NCBI GenBank assembly: GCA_035285865.1
Contig: JAYKHS010000014.1
Location: forward strand, 1 to 64,000
Length of the DNA: 64,000 nucleotides
Direction of reading: 5' to 3'
Origin: Candidatus Sericytochromatia bacterium
GTDB lineage: Bacteria > Cyanobacteriota > Sericytochromatia > S15B-MN24 > VGJW01
Each line of letters opens with the position of its first letter. Within the stretch, counting starts at the first letter, position 1. This document shows, piece after piece, positions 46,047 through 55,521 of this stretch. Below the pieces are notes generated by a model. That model was not told where the DNA came from. It did no database searches and saw nothing but the letters and a program-made list of their open reading frames with translations. Both the position numbers and the translations under genes were made by a program.

Positions 46047-48221
46047 ATGGCCAGGCATGAGGCGCTGTATCGCAAGTACCGTCCCCAGACCTTCGGGGAT
46101 CTGGAGGGCCAGGACCCCATCAGCAGGACCCTGCGCAACGAGATCCGCCAGGGCCGCCTGACCCACGCCTACCTCTTCACCGGCCCGCGCGGCACGGGCA
46201 AGACAACCACCGCGCGCCTGTTGGCCAAGGCGCTCAACTGCGTCGGCGGTCCCGCGGAGGAACGGCAGGGTGCCGATCCTTGCGGACGCTGCTCCGCGTG
46301 TCGGGCCATCGAGGACAAGAGTCACCTCGACGTCATCGAGATCGACGCTGCCTCGAACCGAGGTCTCGAGCACATCCAGGAACTGCAGCAGCGGACGCGG
46401 CTCGCCCCGCTCCAGGGACAGGCCAAGGTCTTCATCGTGGACGAGGTCCACATGCTCACGGATGCGGCGTGGAACGCGCTGCTCAAGACGCTCGAGGAGC
46501 CTCCGGCCCACTGCACCTTCATCCTGGCGACCACCGAGGTCCACAAGGTTCTGCCCACGGTGGTCTCGCGCTGCCAGCGCTTCGATTTCCGGCGCATTCC
46601 GCTGGCCGACCTGACGGGTCGGCTCGCCCATGTGGCGGAGTGCGAGCGGATCGTGCCGGACGCACCCGCCCTGGCCGAGTTGGCGCGCCGAGCGGACGGT
46701 GGCTTGCGTGATGGCCTCTCCCTCCTCGAGCAGGTCGCGGCCACCGTCGAACCTGACGAGCAGGGGTTCCGGCACCTCTCGGCGAGCACCGTGGCAGAGG
46801 CTCTTGGCCTGGTCTCCGAAGACACGGTGCTGACGCTGGGCGACCGTCTGCTCGAGGGCGATGTCGTCGGTGCGATGCAGGCTGCTCGCGATATTCTTGC
46901 CGCGGGTCATGATCACCGCGCGATTCTGCGCGAGTTGCTGGCGTGGACGCGTGACCTCGTCCTGGTGCGCCTGGCGCCAGATGCCGTGAGCACGGAGGTT
47001 CGCGGGCAAGTGGTTCGGGATCGGCTTTTGGCTCAGGCGGCACGGGCTCCGGAGGCCGTCACGGATGCATTTCTCGCCATCCTGCGCGAGACCGACGGCA
47101 TCATGCGCGGCACGCCGCAGTGGCAGGTATGGCTTGAGGTCGCCCTGCTGCGGATGAGTCGCCCGCTCGCGGCAGCCCCCGGTCGCGCGGACCACGTCGC
47201 AAGCGGTCCTGACCCGCGCGTGACCGTACTGGAGTCCAGGCTCGAGGCGCTCGAGCGTCGTCTGGCGGCACAGGCTTCCTCCGGGTCTTCGCCCGCCTCC
47301 TCGCAGGTTGCGCCGCCGCAGTCTGCCCCACCGCAGCGTGCTGTTCAACCTGCCGCTCCCCCGCAGGAACTGCCCCCGGCGCCTCGGGAAGAAGGCCCCG
47401 GGCGGGAACCCGCTCCTGCTGCCGGCTCCCCGCTGCCTCCCGTGGCGGGCGATGAGGGTGGGGCTTTCGGTGAGGCCCTGCGCCAGGACCGGGCCCGGGA
47501 GGTCGTTCCCCGTCCTGCGGTGCCGCCGCCGTCCGCTCGGCCCGCGCCAGCCCCGTCCGCGCCGGAACCGGCAGGCGAGGACGTTCGTAACCTGGTCGGC
47601 GATGCCATTCGTCGGGGCATGCATTCGCGGCGTTCGGCGATCCTGCTGGGCTCGTTGCAGGCGGCGACGTGGGATGCGGTGGCCAACAAGGTCATGCTGA
47701 CGCTCGACAAGGAGATCGATGCCTACAAGGAGGGCATGGAAGGCCGGCAGGAGCTGGAGCAGGTCATCCGGGGCTGTTTCCGGGCCGATACGCACGTCGC
47801 GTTGCTGGCCTGGCGGCAGGGACGAGGGACTCCCGGGCGTTCGCCTGCTGCAGCGCGACCCGCCTCGCCACCTCCTGCCGCTGCAAGACCGACTCCGCCT
47901 GCCCCCACCGTGCGTTCGGAGGCATTCGCCCCGGCCGTCTCGCCGACTTCGTCCGCGCCCGGCGGTTCGAACGGTTTGTCCGGGCAATCTCCCTCGCCCG
48001 CCGCGGGCGACAGTTTCGTCGCCGTTGCGGAGCACGGAGCCTCGCCAGGCGTTCCGGGCCCGGAAGACTTCGATGCAGAGGCGCCTGTCGCCGAAGGACC
48101 GCCTGCGGAGCGCAGCGTCGATGCGCCGATGCTCCCTTCCGGGGCAGACCTCGCAGGCGATCCCGAGGCCACGGTGGCGTTGGCGGCCGATATTTTCCTC
48201 GGCCGGATCATCCGGGGCTGA
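46047..48221 (+). CDS. dnaX: DNA polymerase III subunit gamma/tau
   Basis: LYRKYRPQTF, GPRGTGKTT, Zn-binding Cys, EIDAASN, DEVHML, SRCQ. Confidence 0.95.
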   Translation: MARHEALYRKYRPQTFGDLEGQDPISRTLRNEIRQGRLTHAYLFTGPRGTGKTTTARLLAKALNCVGGPAEERQGADPCGRCSACRAIEDKSHLDVIEIDAASNRGLEHIQELQQRTRLAPLQGQAKVFIVDEVHMLTDAAWNALLKTLEEPPAHCTFILATTEVHKVLPTVVSRCQRFDFRRIPLADLTGRLAHVAECERIVPDAPALAELARRADGGLRDGLSLLEQVAATVEPDEQGFRHLSASTVAEALGLVSEDTVLTLGDRLLEGDVVGAMQAARDILAAGHDHRAILRELLAWTRDLVLVRLAPDAVSTEVRGQVVRDRLLAQAARAPEAVTDAFLAILRETDGIMRGTPQWQVWLEVALLRMSRPLAAAPGRADHVASGPDPRVTVLESRLEALERRLAAQASSGSSPASSQVAPPQSAPPQRAVQPAAPPQELPPAPREEGPGREPAPAAGSPLPPVAGDEGGAFGEALRQDRAREVVPRPAVPPPSARPAPAPSAPEPAGEDVRNLVGDAIRRGMHSRRSAILLGSLQAATWDAVANKVMLTLDKEIDAYKEGMEGRQELEQVIRGCFRADTHVALLAWRQGRGTPGRSPAAARPASPPPAAARPTPPAPTVRSEAFAPAVSPTSSAPGGSNGLSGQSPSPAAGDSFVAVAEHGASPGVPGPEDFDAEAPVAEGPPAERSVDAPMLPSGADLAGDPEATVALAADIFLGRIIRG

Positions 48222-48278
48222 CGTTTGCCCCGCCAACTCAGGCAAGGTCGTCAGCCCGGCCGCAGGACAAGCCAGCGG

Positions 48279-49328
48279 ATGGCGATGCCGTCATGGAGCC
48301 TGTGGCTGGCGGGTGTCCTGGCCTCGCTCGCCCTCGTCGCGGTGCTTGTCGGCGCTTTCGCCTCGGCCTGCGCCCCGATGGATGCTGAGGATGACGAGGC
48401 CGTGTTCGTCGATCTCAGGCAGGGCGAGGGGCCCAGTGCCCTTGCAGGTCGCCTTGCGGCCGAGCGTCTGATTCGCAGTGGTCTGGCCTTTCGGCTGGCG
48501 GCACGCTTCTCCGCATCGCCCCAGCGCTGGCGGGCCGGACACTATCGCCTCAAGCGGTCGATGGACGTCCCCGAGATGCTGGCCATGCTGGACGCTGCGC
48601 AGCCCATCCCGCGGCGCCTGACGGTGCCGGAAGGGACGGACCTCCCGGGGCTTGTCGCGCGCCTGATGCGCGAAGCCGGTCATGATGCCGCCACTTGGGG
48701 GGGCCTCTGCCGTGCGCCCCATCGCTTCGCGGCTGGCCGACCCTGGCTCGCGGACCTCGGTGCGGATGCGACTCTGGAGGGTTACCTTTTCCCGGATACC
48801 TACGACCTGCCGGAGCAGACCGGACGGCCCGAGGTGCTCCTGGGCAGGATGCTGGACCGTTTCGGGCAAGTGGCGTGGCCCTTGCTGCGGCTCGGGGGGC
48901 ATGGACTCACGCCGCGCGAGGTGCTGGTTCTCGCCTCGATCGTCGAACGAGAGGCCGTGCGTGCCGAGGAGCGTCCCCTGATTGCCGGCGTCTTTCTCGG
49001 GCGCCTTGCGGTCGGCATGCCCCTGGGGTCCGATCCGACGGTCGAGTATGTCCTCGGTTTCCGGCAGACGGTGGACCGGCCACTGACTCGAAAGGACATT
49101 GCGGTGGACAGTCCTTGGAACACCTACAGGGTCAAGGGTCTGCCGCCCGGACCCATCTGCAATCCGGGCGTTGCGAGCATCCGTGCCGTCCTTGCGGCCG
49201 GACGCACCGACCTGCGCTATTTCGTCGCCCGTGGAGACGGGAGCCACGTATTCAGTCGCACGCACGCGGAGCATCGCGCGGCCGTTCGCGCCGTTCGTTC
49301 GCGCCGCAAGGCCGCTACTGCGGGCTGA
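48279..49328 (+). CDS. mltG: Endolytic transglycosylase
   Basis: N-terminal TM; TVPEG, LEGYLFPDTY, LASIVERE, SDPTV, SPWNTY..GLPPGPICNPG. Confidence 0.9.
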   Translation: MAMPSWSLWLAGVLASLALVAVLVGAFASACAPMDAEDDEAVFVDLRQGEGPSALAGRLAAERLIRSGLAFRLAARFSASPQRWRAGHYRLKRSMDVPEMLAMLDAAQPIPRRLTVPEGTDLPGLVARLMREAGHDAATWGGLCRAPHRFAAGRPWLADLGADATLEGYLFPDTYDLPEQTGRPEVLLGRMLDRFGQVAWPLLRLGGHGLTPREVLVLASIVEREAVRAEERPLIAGVFLGRLAVGMPLGSDPTVEYVLGFRQTVDRPLTRKDIAVDSPWNTYRVKGLPPGPICNPGVASIRAVLAAGRTDLRYFVARGDGSHVFSRTHAEHRAAVRAVRSRRKAATAG

Positions 49329-50430
49329 CCTGCCGGCTCCAGGTCTCCGGATACTCTGCCCAGTCGACGTGGGCCGCTTCCGGGACGATCTCGAGCGGGT
49401 TGCGGGCGTCGATCATGACGGCCTGTTCGTCGGTCTCGTGCTTGAGGTGCTGGTTCGCCAGAGCCTTGGGGTGGGGACCATGGTGGATGCCGTAGGGGTG
49501 GTAGGTGACCCAGCCGGCCCGGATGCCGTCCCGACTGAAGAAGTTGCCGTCGTGATAGAAGATGACCTCGTCGAAGTCCGTGTTGCGATGGAAGAACGGG
49601 ACGCGCAGTGCCTCTGGGTCTCCGGTCTCGAGCGGGCGTGGCAGGAACGAGCAGATGACGAAGTTCTGGGCCAGGAAGGTCGTGTGCACCGACGGTGGCA
49701 GGTGGTAGCGCGGCGAGACCACGGGCCGGATATCGCGCACGTTCAGTTGCCAGACCGTGGCATCGCCCTTCCACGCCACGACGTCCAGCGGGTGGAAGGG
49801 ATACCAGACGGATGTGAGGGTGCCCCTGCGGCGGATCAGCACCTCGAACTCTCCGGTCTCCTGATGGGCTTCGGGTTCGGGCGTGCGGATGACCCCCGGG
49901 TCGAACAGGGCATGGGGGCCCAGCATGCCGCGTTCGGGCAAGCGGATCTCCGTGGCTGACGCGATGACGAGTTGCATCTGTTCGACGCCTGCATCAGGCA
50001 CCCAGCGATGGGTGATGCCCCGGGGGATGACCAGATAGTCCCCCTTTGCGTAGCGCAGCGGGCCGAAGTCCGTCTCCAGCAGGCCCGTGCCCTGATGGAC
50101 GAAGTGGACCAGATCGCAGTCGGCATCGCGGAACCAGAAGGGCATGGCCTCCTGCCGGCGGGACACGGCCAGTGTGACGTCGGCATTGCGCAAAAAAGGC
50201 TGGGGCAGGCCGCGCACGTCGGCGTGGTCGGCAGGAATAAGCGCTGCCACGTTCAAGGCTCTGGGCCGTGTCGGACCCTCGATGCGCGTCCAGCACGTGG
50301 GCGCGTTGCGGTGGTAGAGGTGTGTGGCCCGCCCGAAGAAGCCGCTACGGCCGTACTCCTCCTCGAAGGTGCCCTCGGGCAGGTTCACGTGCGCCTGCAG
50401 CGGGGCTCCGCCCTTGTTGATCGGGAACAT
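49315..50430 (-). CDS. hmgA: Homogentisate 1,2-dioxygenase family protein
   Basis: EEEYGRSGFFG, DYLVIPRG, HPLDVVAW.G, HLPPSVH, PFFHRN.D.DEV, HP.GIHHGP. Confidence 0.88.
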   Translation of the reverse strand: MFPINKGGAPLQAHVNLPEGTFEEEYGRSGFFGRATHLYHRNAPTCWTRIEGPTRPRALNVAALIPADHADVRGLPQPFLRNADVTLAVSRRQEAMPFWFRDADCDLVHFVHQGTGLLETDFGPLRYAKGDYLVIPRGITHRWVPDAGVEQMQLVIASATEIRLPERGMLGPHALFDPGVIRTPEPEAHQETGEFEVLIRRRGTLTSVWYPFHPLDVVAWKGDATVWQLNVRDIRPVVSPRYHLPPSVHTTFLAQNFVICSFLPRPLETGDPEALRVPFFHRNTDFDEVIFYHDGNFFSRDGIRAGWVTYHPYGIHHGPHPKALANQHLKHETDEQAVMIDARNPLEIVPEAAHVDWAEYPETWSRQVSPQ

Positions 50431-50503
50431 CGGGGTCTTCCTCGGTCGTTCTGGCGACCGGTCCTCGGCGATCGGTCCTCGAGGCCCATGGTACCATCGG
50501 CCC

Positions 50504-51364
50504 ATGACGGCTCCCCGACTGCCGGACGCACCTGGACCCGAGGCCATGACCTACGGGGACTACCTCAAGATCCGCGAGATGCTTGAGCTGCAGCAGCCCC
50601 AGTCCGATCCGCCCCATCACGACGAACTGCTGTTCATCGTCATCCATCAGGCCTATGAGCTCTGGTTCAAGCTCATGCTGCACGAACTGGACGTGGCCAT
50701 GGCGTGCATGGCCGAGGGCAAGGTTCTGCGGGCCCATCACTTCATGAAGCGGGTGACGCGCGTCCAGGACCTGCTCCTGCACCAGATTCACGTCCTCGAG
50801 ACCATGTCGCCGCAGGAGTTTGCCGAGTTCCGGGACATCCTTCGGCCGGCGAGCGGGTTCCAGTCGCTGCAGTTCCGCGAGATCGAATTCCTTGCCGGCC
50901 TGCGTGACGAGGCCTACATGAAGTTCTTTGCCCAGCGGCCCGAGATGCAGCAGGGTCTCAAGGACTACGGCAGCCGCCGGACGATTTGGGAAGGATTCGT
51001 CGATGTCCTTGCCCGACGCTTCCCCGGCATGTCGCAGGAGGACGCCCTCGAGGCCCTGTACCGAAACTACGAGGCCAATGTCGACCTGTACATGCTCGCC
51101 GAGTCACTGGTCGATTTCGATGCCCTCCTGGCCCAGTGGCGCTACCATCACGTGATGGTGGTCTCCCGGATCATCGGTGACCTGCCCGGTACCGGTGGTT
51201 CCGAGGGTGTGGCCTATCTGAAGACCACCCTCGAGCGTCGGGCCTTCCCCTTGCTCTGGCAGGTCCGCTCCCATCTGGGAGACGGTCTTGCGGGATGGTC
51301 CGCATCCGCGCCTGCACCCCGACGCGACGGGCCTTCGGGCGGAGGCTGCCCGCTGGGCCACTGA
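50504..51364 (+). CDS. kynA: Tryptophan 2,3-dioxygenase
   Basis: YGDYLK...LQ, HDELLFIVIHQAYELWFK, ASGFQS.QFR, WRYHH, GTGGSEG..YL. Confidence 0.93.
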   Translation: MTAPRLPDAPGPEAMTYGDYLKIREMLELQQPQSDPPHHDELLFIVIHQAYELWFKLMLHELDVAMACMAEGKVLRAHHFMKRVTRVQDLLLHQIHVLETMSPQEFAEFRDILRPASGFQSLQFREIEFLAGLRDEAYMKFFAQRPEMQQGLKDYGSRRTIWEGFVDVLARRFPGMSQEDALEALYRNYEANVDLYMLAESLVDFDALLAQWRYHHVMVVSRIIGDLPGTGGSEGVAYLKTTLERRAFPLLWQVRSHLGDGLAGWSASAPAPRRDGPSGGGCPLGH

Positions 51365-51398
51365 CCGGTCACGGTCGGTTCGCGCTATGATCGAGGGC

Positions 51399-52418
51399 AT
51401 GCTGCCCACGACCACGACGGTGCCCTCATCGACTCTTGCGCTGCCGGAGCAGCGTCGGTTGTACCGGACGATGGTCCTGATGCGCGAAATCCATCATCGC
51501 GCCATTGCCCTGCAACGGCAGGGGCGCATTGGTTCCTGGCTGGGTTCCGAGGGTCAGGAGGGAGCCATTGTCGGCAGTGCTTTCGCCCTGCAGCCGGACG
51601 ACTGGGCCTTTCCGAGCTACCGCGAGCACGCGCTTGCGCTGGTGCGGGGCATCCCTACGGTGCGTCTCTTCCATCATCTGTATGCCAATGCTGCGGACAG
51701 CATCATCGGCAGGAACCTGCCGCCCGAGTACAGCTTCCGCGAGATCAACTTCGTGTCGGTCAGCGCTCCCGTCGGCAATCAGGTCCCTCAAGCCGTGGGC
51801 GCGGCCATGGCCAAGCAGGCCAAGCACGAACCCGGAGCCGTCATCACCTATTTCGGCGATGGGACGTCTTCGGAGGGCGACATCCATACGGGCATGGCTG
51901 TGGCCGCGCGACGCCGAGCGCCGGTGGTCTTCGTCTGCCAGAACAACGGATGGGCCATATCCGTGCCCACGGCACGTCAGACTGCCGGTGCCATCGTGCT
52001 CCGCGCCCCTGCGCTCGGGATGCATGGCGTGCGCGTGGATGGCAATGATGCCCTTGCTGTCCATCAGGTCGTGGCCGAGGCACTCGACCGGGCCCGTTCC
52101 GGCGGCGGCCCGACGCTCGTCGAGGCCATGACCTACCGTCTGGGGGCCCACTCCACCTCGGATGACCCCACCAAGTACCGTCCCGAAGCCGAGCTCGAAG
52201 CGTGGCGCCTCAAGGACCCGATTCCCCGTCTCGCCGAGGTGCTCGGACTGTCGGAGGCGGAACGGGCGGAGATTCTGGCCGATGTGCGCCAGGAAATCGA
52301 TCGTGCTGTCGAAGCCGCCGAGCAGACGCCTCAGCCGGACCTCGCCACGATGTTCGACGATGTCTACGCCGAGCAGCCGTGGCACGTGGCCGCACAGGCA
52401 AAGTCCGCGCTTTCCTGA
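51399..52418 (+). CDS. 2-oxoacid dehydrogenase E1 alpha subunit
   Basis: LQRQGRI, GQEG, YRE, GDGTSSEGD..QNN TPP-binding motif, YRLGAHSTSDDP. Confidence 0.9.
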   Translation: MLPTTTTVPSSTLALPEQRRLYRTMVLMREIHHRAIALQRQGRIGSWLGSEGQEGAIVGSAFALQPDDWAFPSYREHALALVRGIPTVRLFHHLYANAADSIIGRNLPPEYSFREINFVSVSAPVGNQVPQAVGAAMAKQAKHEPGAVITYFGDGTSSEGDIHTGMAVAARRRAPVVFVCQNNGWAISVPTARQTAGAIVLRAPALGMHGVRVDGNDALAVHQVVAEALDRARSGGGPTLVEAMTYRLGAHSTSDDPTKYRPEAELEAWRLKDPIPRLAEVLGLSEAERAEILADVRQEIDRAVEAAEQTPQPDLATMFDDVYAEQPWHVAAQAKSALS

Positions 52419-52515
52419 TCCTCGGTGGCGCTTTTTAACCTGTTCTTGGGCAACTGACGCGTCCGGTTGGCGATAGTACCCGTGGTCTCCGGGGGGAGGC
52501 CGGGGGGATGAACGC

Positions 52516-53202
52516 ATGGGCATCTGGCAGGCAATCGGCAAGGCCGCACAAATTGCGCCCAAGGTGGCGCCGGCCGCTGCCGCAGGGGTATCTCGCGTGG
52601 CGACCGTCGTGCCGCGTATCGGTCGAGATGCGCTCGCCGTCAGCAGACAGCTTGCCCGCAATGGGGTCGCCTCGCACCTGCGCGTTGCCGGCAGGCTCGA
52701 GGATGCCGTTGCCGCCGCTCAAACCGCGCGCAAGGCAGAACTGGCCAAAGCCGCATCAAAGGGACTCGACTTCGCGACCCGTGCGCTGGACAAGGGCATG
52801 CGCGTTGGCGTGCGTGCGCATGACAAGGGCATGCAACTGGTACTGAGTGCTGCCCGCAACCAGATCGACAACCGCATCTACCTCGGGGCCAAGCGCCAGG
52901 ATGTGGCCCTCGTGCTGCTCGAACCGGCCGCGCGGAAGCAGGTGCTCAAGATCTACGGATCGGGGCTGCAGCGCCACAACAAGGTCTTCAAGCTGATGGA
53001 GAAGGGGCTCTCGGGCAAGATCCGCGAGCTGTTGGACGACGGGGTTGTCCGGCATCGTGCCGCCATCCGTGCCGCCAAGCCCGAATGGCGCAAGGGGCTC
53101 AAGGAATGGGCGACGACCGGCGCAGAGCGCCACGCTGCCGTGGTCGGTCAGGACGGTGCCGTCTCGAGCGCCCTGCGCAGCCTGGTTGATCGCCGGCCCT
53201 AG
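52516..53202 (+). CDS. Hypothetical basic, Ala-rich helical protein
   Basis: 228-aa ORF with host-like codon usage that fills the gap; preceded by the TTAACC...GCGATA motif. Confidence 0.65.
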   Translation: MGIWQAIGKAAQIAPKVAPAAAAGVSRVATVVPRIGRDALAVSRQLARNGVASHLRVAGRLEDAVAAAQTARKAELAKAASKGLDFATRALDKGMRVGVRAHDKGMQLVLSAARNQIDNRIYLGAKRQDVALVLLEPAARKQVLKIYGSGLQRHNKVFKLMEKGLSGKIRELLDDGVVRHRAAIRAAKPEWRKGLKEWATTGAERHAAVVGQDGAVSSALRSLVDRRP

Positions 53203-54530
53203 CGGACCGGAAGGACGAGGGCCGACTGGGGCGCATCCTGCATCCACGCCTCGATGGTGTCGGGTTCGGTCGTGACCCCTGCCGTCAGGTTCTCGGGGGC
53301 GCCCGGCGTGACGAGGATGTCGTCCTCGATGCGGATGCCGATGTCGTGCCACCGCGGGTCCAGTCCGGGCGTTCCTGCCGCAAGGTAGAGGCCCGGTTCG
53401 ACCGTAAGGACCATGCCGGGTTGCAAGGTCCGTGACTTGCCGTTCTCGCGATAGGTGCCCATGTCGTGGACATCGAGGCCCAGCCAGTGGCTTGTCCGGT
53501 GCATGTAGTACGGACGGAACGCGCCCGAAGCCTTGAGTTCGGCAGGGTCGCCCGACAGGATGCCGAGGTCGACGAGCCCCGGGACCAGGACATCGAGTGC
53601 CGCGTCATGGACGTCATCGAAAGCAGTCCCGGGCACGCAACGGGCGATGGCCGCCTTCTGGGCCGCGAGCACGACGTCGTATGCCGCACGCTGGGCTGAC
53701 GAGAAACGGCCGTTCACCGGGAACGTGCGGGTGATGTCCGAGGCGTAGCCTTCGACCTCGCAGCCGGCGTCGATGAGGACCAGATCGCCGTCCTGCAGGA
53801 CAGCGTCGTTCTGGTTGTAATGCAGGATGCAGGCATTGGCTCCACTTCCGCAGATGGGGTGATAGGAGGGGCCCTGGCTGCCGCGCATCCGGAACACGTA
53901 CTCGAGGGTCGCCTGAAGCTGATACTCGCAGGCTCCCGGGGTGGCTGCACGCATCGCCGCCAGGTGTGCCTCGGCCGCGATGCCTGCTGCGCGACGCATC
54001 AGGTCCAATTCGGCCGGCTCCTTGAAGAGCCTCATCTCGTGCAGGATCGGCAAGGGATCGACCAGCTCCGACGGGGGCGTGATGCCCATGCGGGCTTTGC
54101 CGCGCAGGGTATCGACCCAGCCTCGGACGCGCTGATCCCACCCGGCATCGCGGCCCCACGGGAACCATACGCGCTGCTGGCCCCGGACGAGTTCGGGCAA
54201 CACCTTGTCCAGATCCTCGATGGAGTGGGCTTCATCGGCTCCGTAGCGTGCAAGTGCGCCCTCGACACCCGCACGGCGTCCGGTCCAGACCTCGCGTTCG
54301 GGATCGCGCGGGGGGACGAAGAGGATGAAGGCTCCTTCGGCCCGGCCAGGAACGAAGACGGCCACGGAATCGGGCTCCCCGAATCCCGTCAGGTACCAGA
54401 AGTCGCTGTCGAAGCGGTAAGGATACTCGACGTCATGGGAGCGCACGGCGTGGGGGCGCGTCGGCAGGATGGCGACACCGTGGCCGAGCGCATCGAGAAA
54501 ACGCTGTCGACGAGCGGCGAAGACGGACAT
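53199..54530 (-). CDS. pepP: Xaa-Pro aminopeptidase
   Basis: SDFWYLTGF.EP, LHY, IDAGCE..YASDITRT, H.TSHWLGLDVHD, TVEPG, GIRIEDD. Confidence 0.93.
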   Translation of the reverse strand: MSVFAARRQRFLDALGHGVAILPTRPHAVRSHDVEYPYRFDSDFWYLTGFGEPDSVAVFVPGRAEGAFILFVPPRDPEREVWTGRRAGVEGALARYGADEAHSIEDLDKVLPELVRGQQRVWFPWGRDAGWDQRVRGWVDTLRGKARMGITPPSELVDPLPILHEMRLFKEPAELDLMRRAAGIAAEAHLAAMRAATPGACEYQLQATLEYVFRMRGSQGPSYHPICGSGANACILHYNQNDAVLQDGDLVLIDAGCEVEGYASDITRTFPVNGRFSSAQRAAYDVVLAAQKAAIARCVPGTAFDDVHDAALDVLVPGLVDLGILSGDPAELKASGAFRPYYMHRTSHWLGLDVHDMGTYRENGKSRTLQPGMVLTVEPGLYLAAGTPGLDPRWHDIGIRIEDDILVTPGAPENLTAGVTTEPDTIEAWMQDAPQSALVLPVR

Positions 54531-54606
54531 GCTGAAACCTCCCGATACCTTGATTCTACCGCGCCGGAGGGACGTTACCCGGCGGTACGGGCGCCCGGTC
54601 GCGGCC

Positions 54607-55521
54607 TCAGGTCCGGGTTGCGATGGCCGTGCCCATGCGGACCTGGACCTCGACGCCCCGAACGCTGGCGGCGACCAGATCCTCGTCGAATCGCAGCCGC
54701 CCCGGTTCGGCCAGCAACAAGGTCGTCGACCCCCCGAAGGCAAAATGTCCCTTCTCTTGCCCGCGCGCCACCGGACCTGGCTCATGGGTCTGGACAATCG
54801 AACCCACGCAGAGTGCGCCAACCTCGACAAGGGCCAGTCTGCCGAATCCCGGCGTGTCCATCAGGGTCAAGGTCCGCAGGTTGGCTTCGAGCACGCCGGG
54901 CACGCGCGCGAGCGCGAGGGGGTGGACCGAGTGCAGTGGCCCTGCGAGGGTCCGGGTGACACCGGCCACCCCGGACGCCGGGAAGTGGAAACGATGGTAG
55001 TCATAGGGGGCAAGCCGCAGGACCAGACCGCTGCCACCCCGGTAGGTCTCCGCCAGGTCGTGGTCTCCCAGCAGGGTCTCCAGGCGCGCGGCAGCACCCT
55101 TGATCGGCATCTCCAGATGCGTCCCGACGCTCGGGAATACCAGGATCTTGCCGTCTCCCGGAGAGAGGAGGCGCTCTGGATCGGGGTCGAGGGGCCGAGC
55201 CTCGGGCTTCAAGTGCCGGGCGAAAAACGCATTGAAGTGGGGGAAGGAATCGGGCGGATCGCGGAACTCGGCCGTGTCTAGTCCGAAGTGCCGGATGAAC
55301 GGCAGGATCCGCTTCCGGCTGGCGGGACGCTCCTGCATCAGGCCATAGGCCCTACTGACGGCCGGGACGTGGGCCAACAACCAACGCAAGCCCAGCGAGA
55401 AGGGGGGACCGTACAGCGCGCGCACGGCCCAGCCGCCGTGCACGACCTCCCGAAACCAGGTGCCTGCGTGCCGATCGAGGATCATCCCCGGCTCAGGCGG
55501 GGTACCCCAGTCGTCAGTCAC
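54607..55521 (-). CDS. psd: Phosphatidylserine decarboxylase
   Basis: FNAFFAR, SPGDG, RLAPYDYHRFHFP, VGALCVGSI, FGGST autocleavage motif; GTG overlaps the pssA stop. Confidence 0.9.
   Translation of the reverse strand: MTDDWGTPPEPGMILDRHAGTWFREVVHGGWAVRALYGPPFSLGLRWLLAHVPAVSRAYGLMQERPASRKRILPFIRHFGLDTAEFRDPPDSFPHFNAFFARHLKPEARPLDPDPERLLSPGDGKILVFPSVGTHLEMPIKGAAARLETLLGDHDLAETYRGGSGLVLRLAPYDYHRFHFPASGVAGVTRTLAGPLHSVHPLALARVPGVLEANLRTLTLMDTPGFGRLALVEVGALCVGSIVQTHEPGPVARGQEKGHFAFGGSTTLLLAEPGRLRFDEDLVAASVRGVEVQVRMGTAIATRT

Noticed and set aside
46047..48221. Programmed frameshift producing the DnaX gamma subunit
   Set aside because: No A-run slippery sequence was seen; the Pro/Ala-rich linker is ordinary for DnaX.
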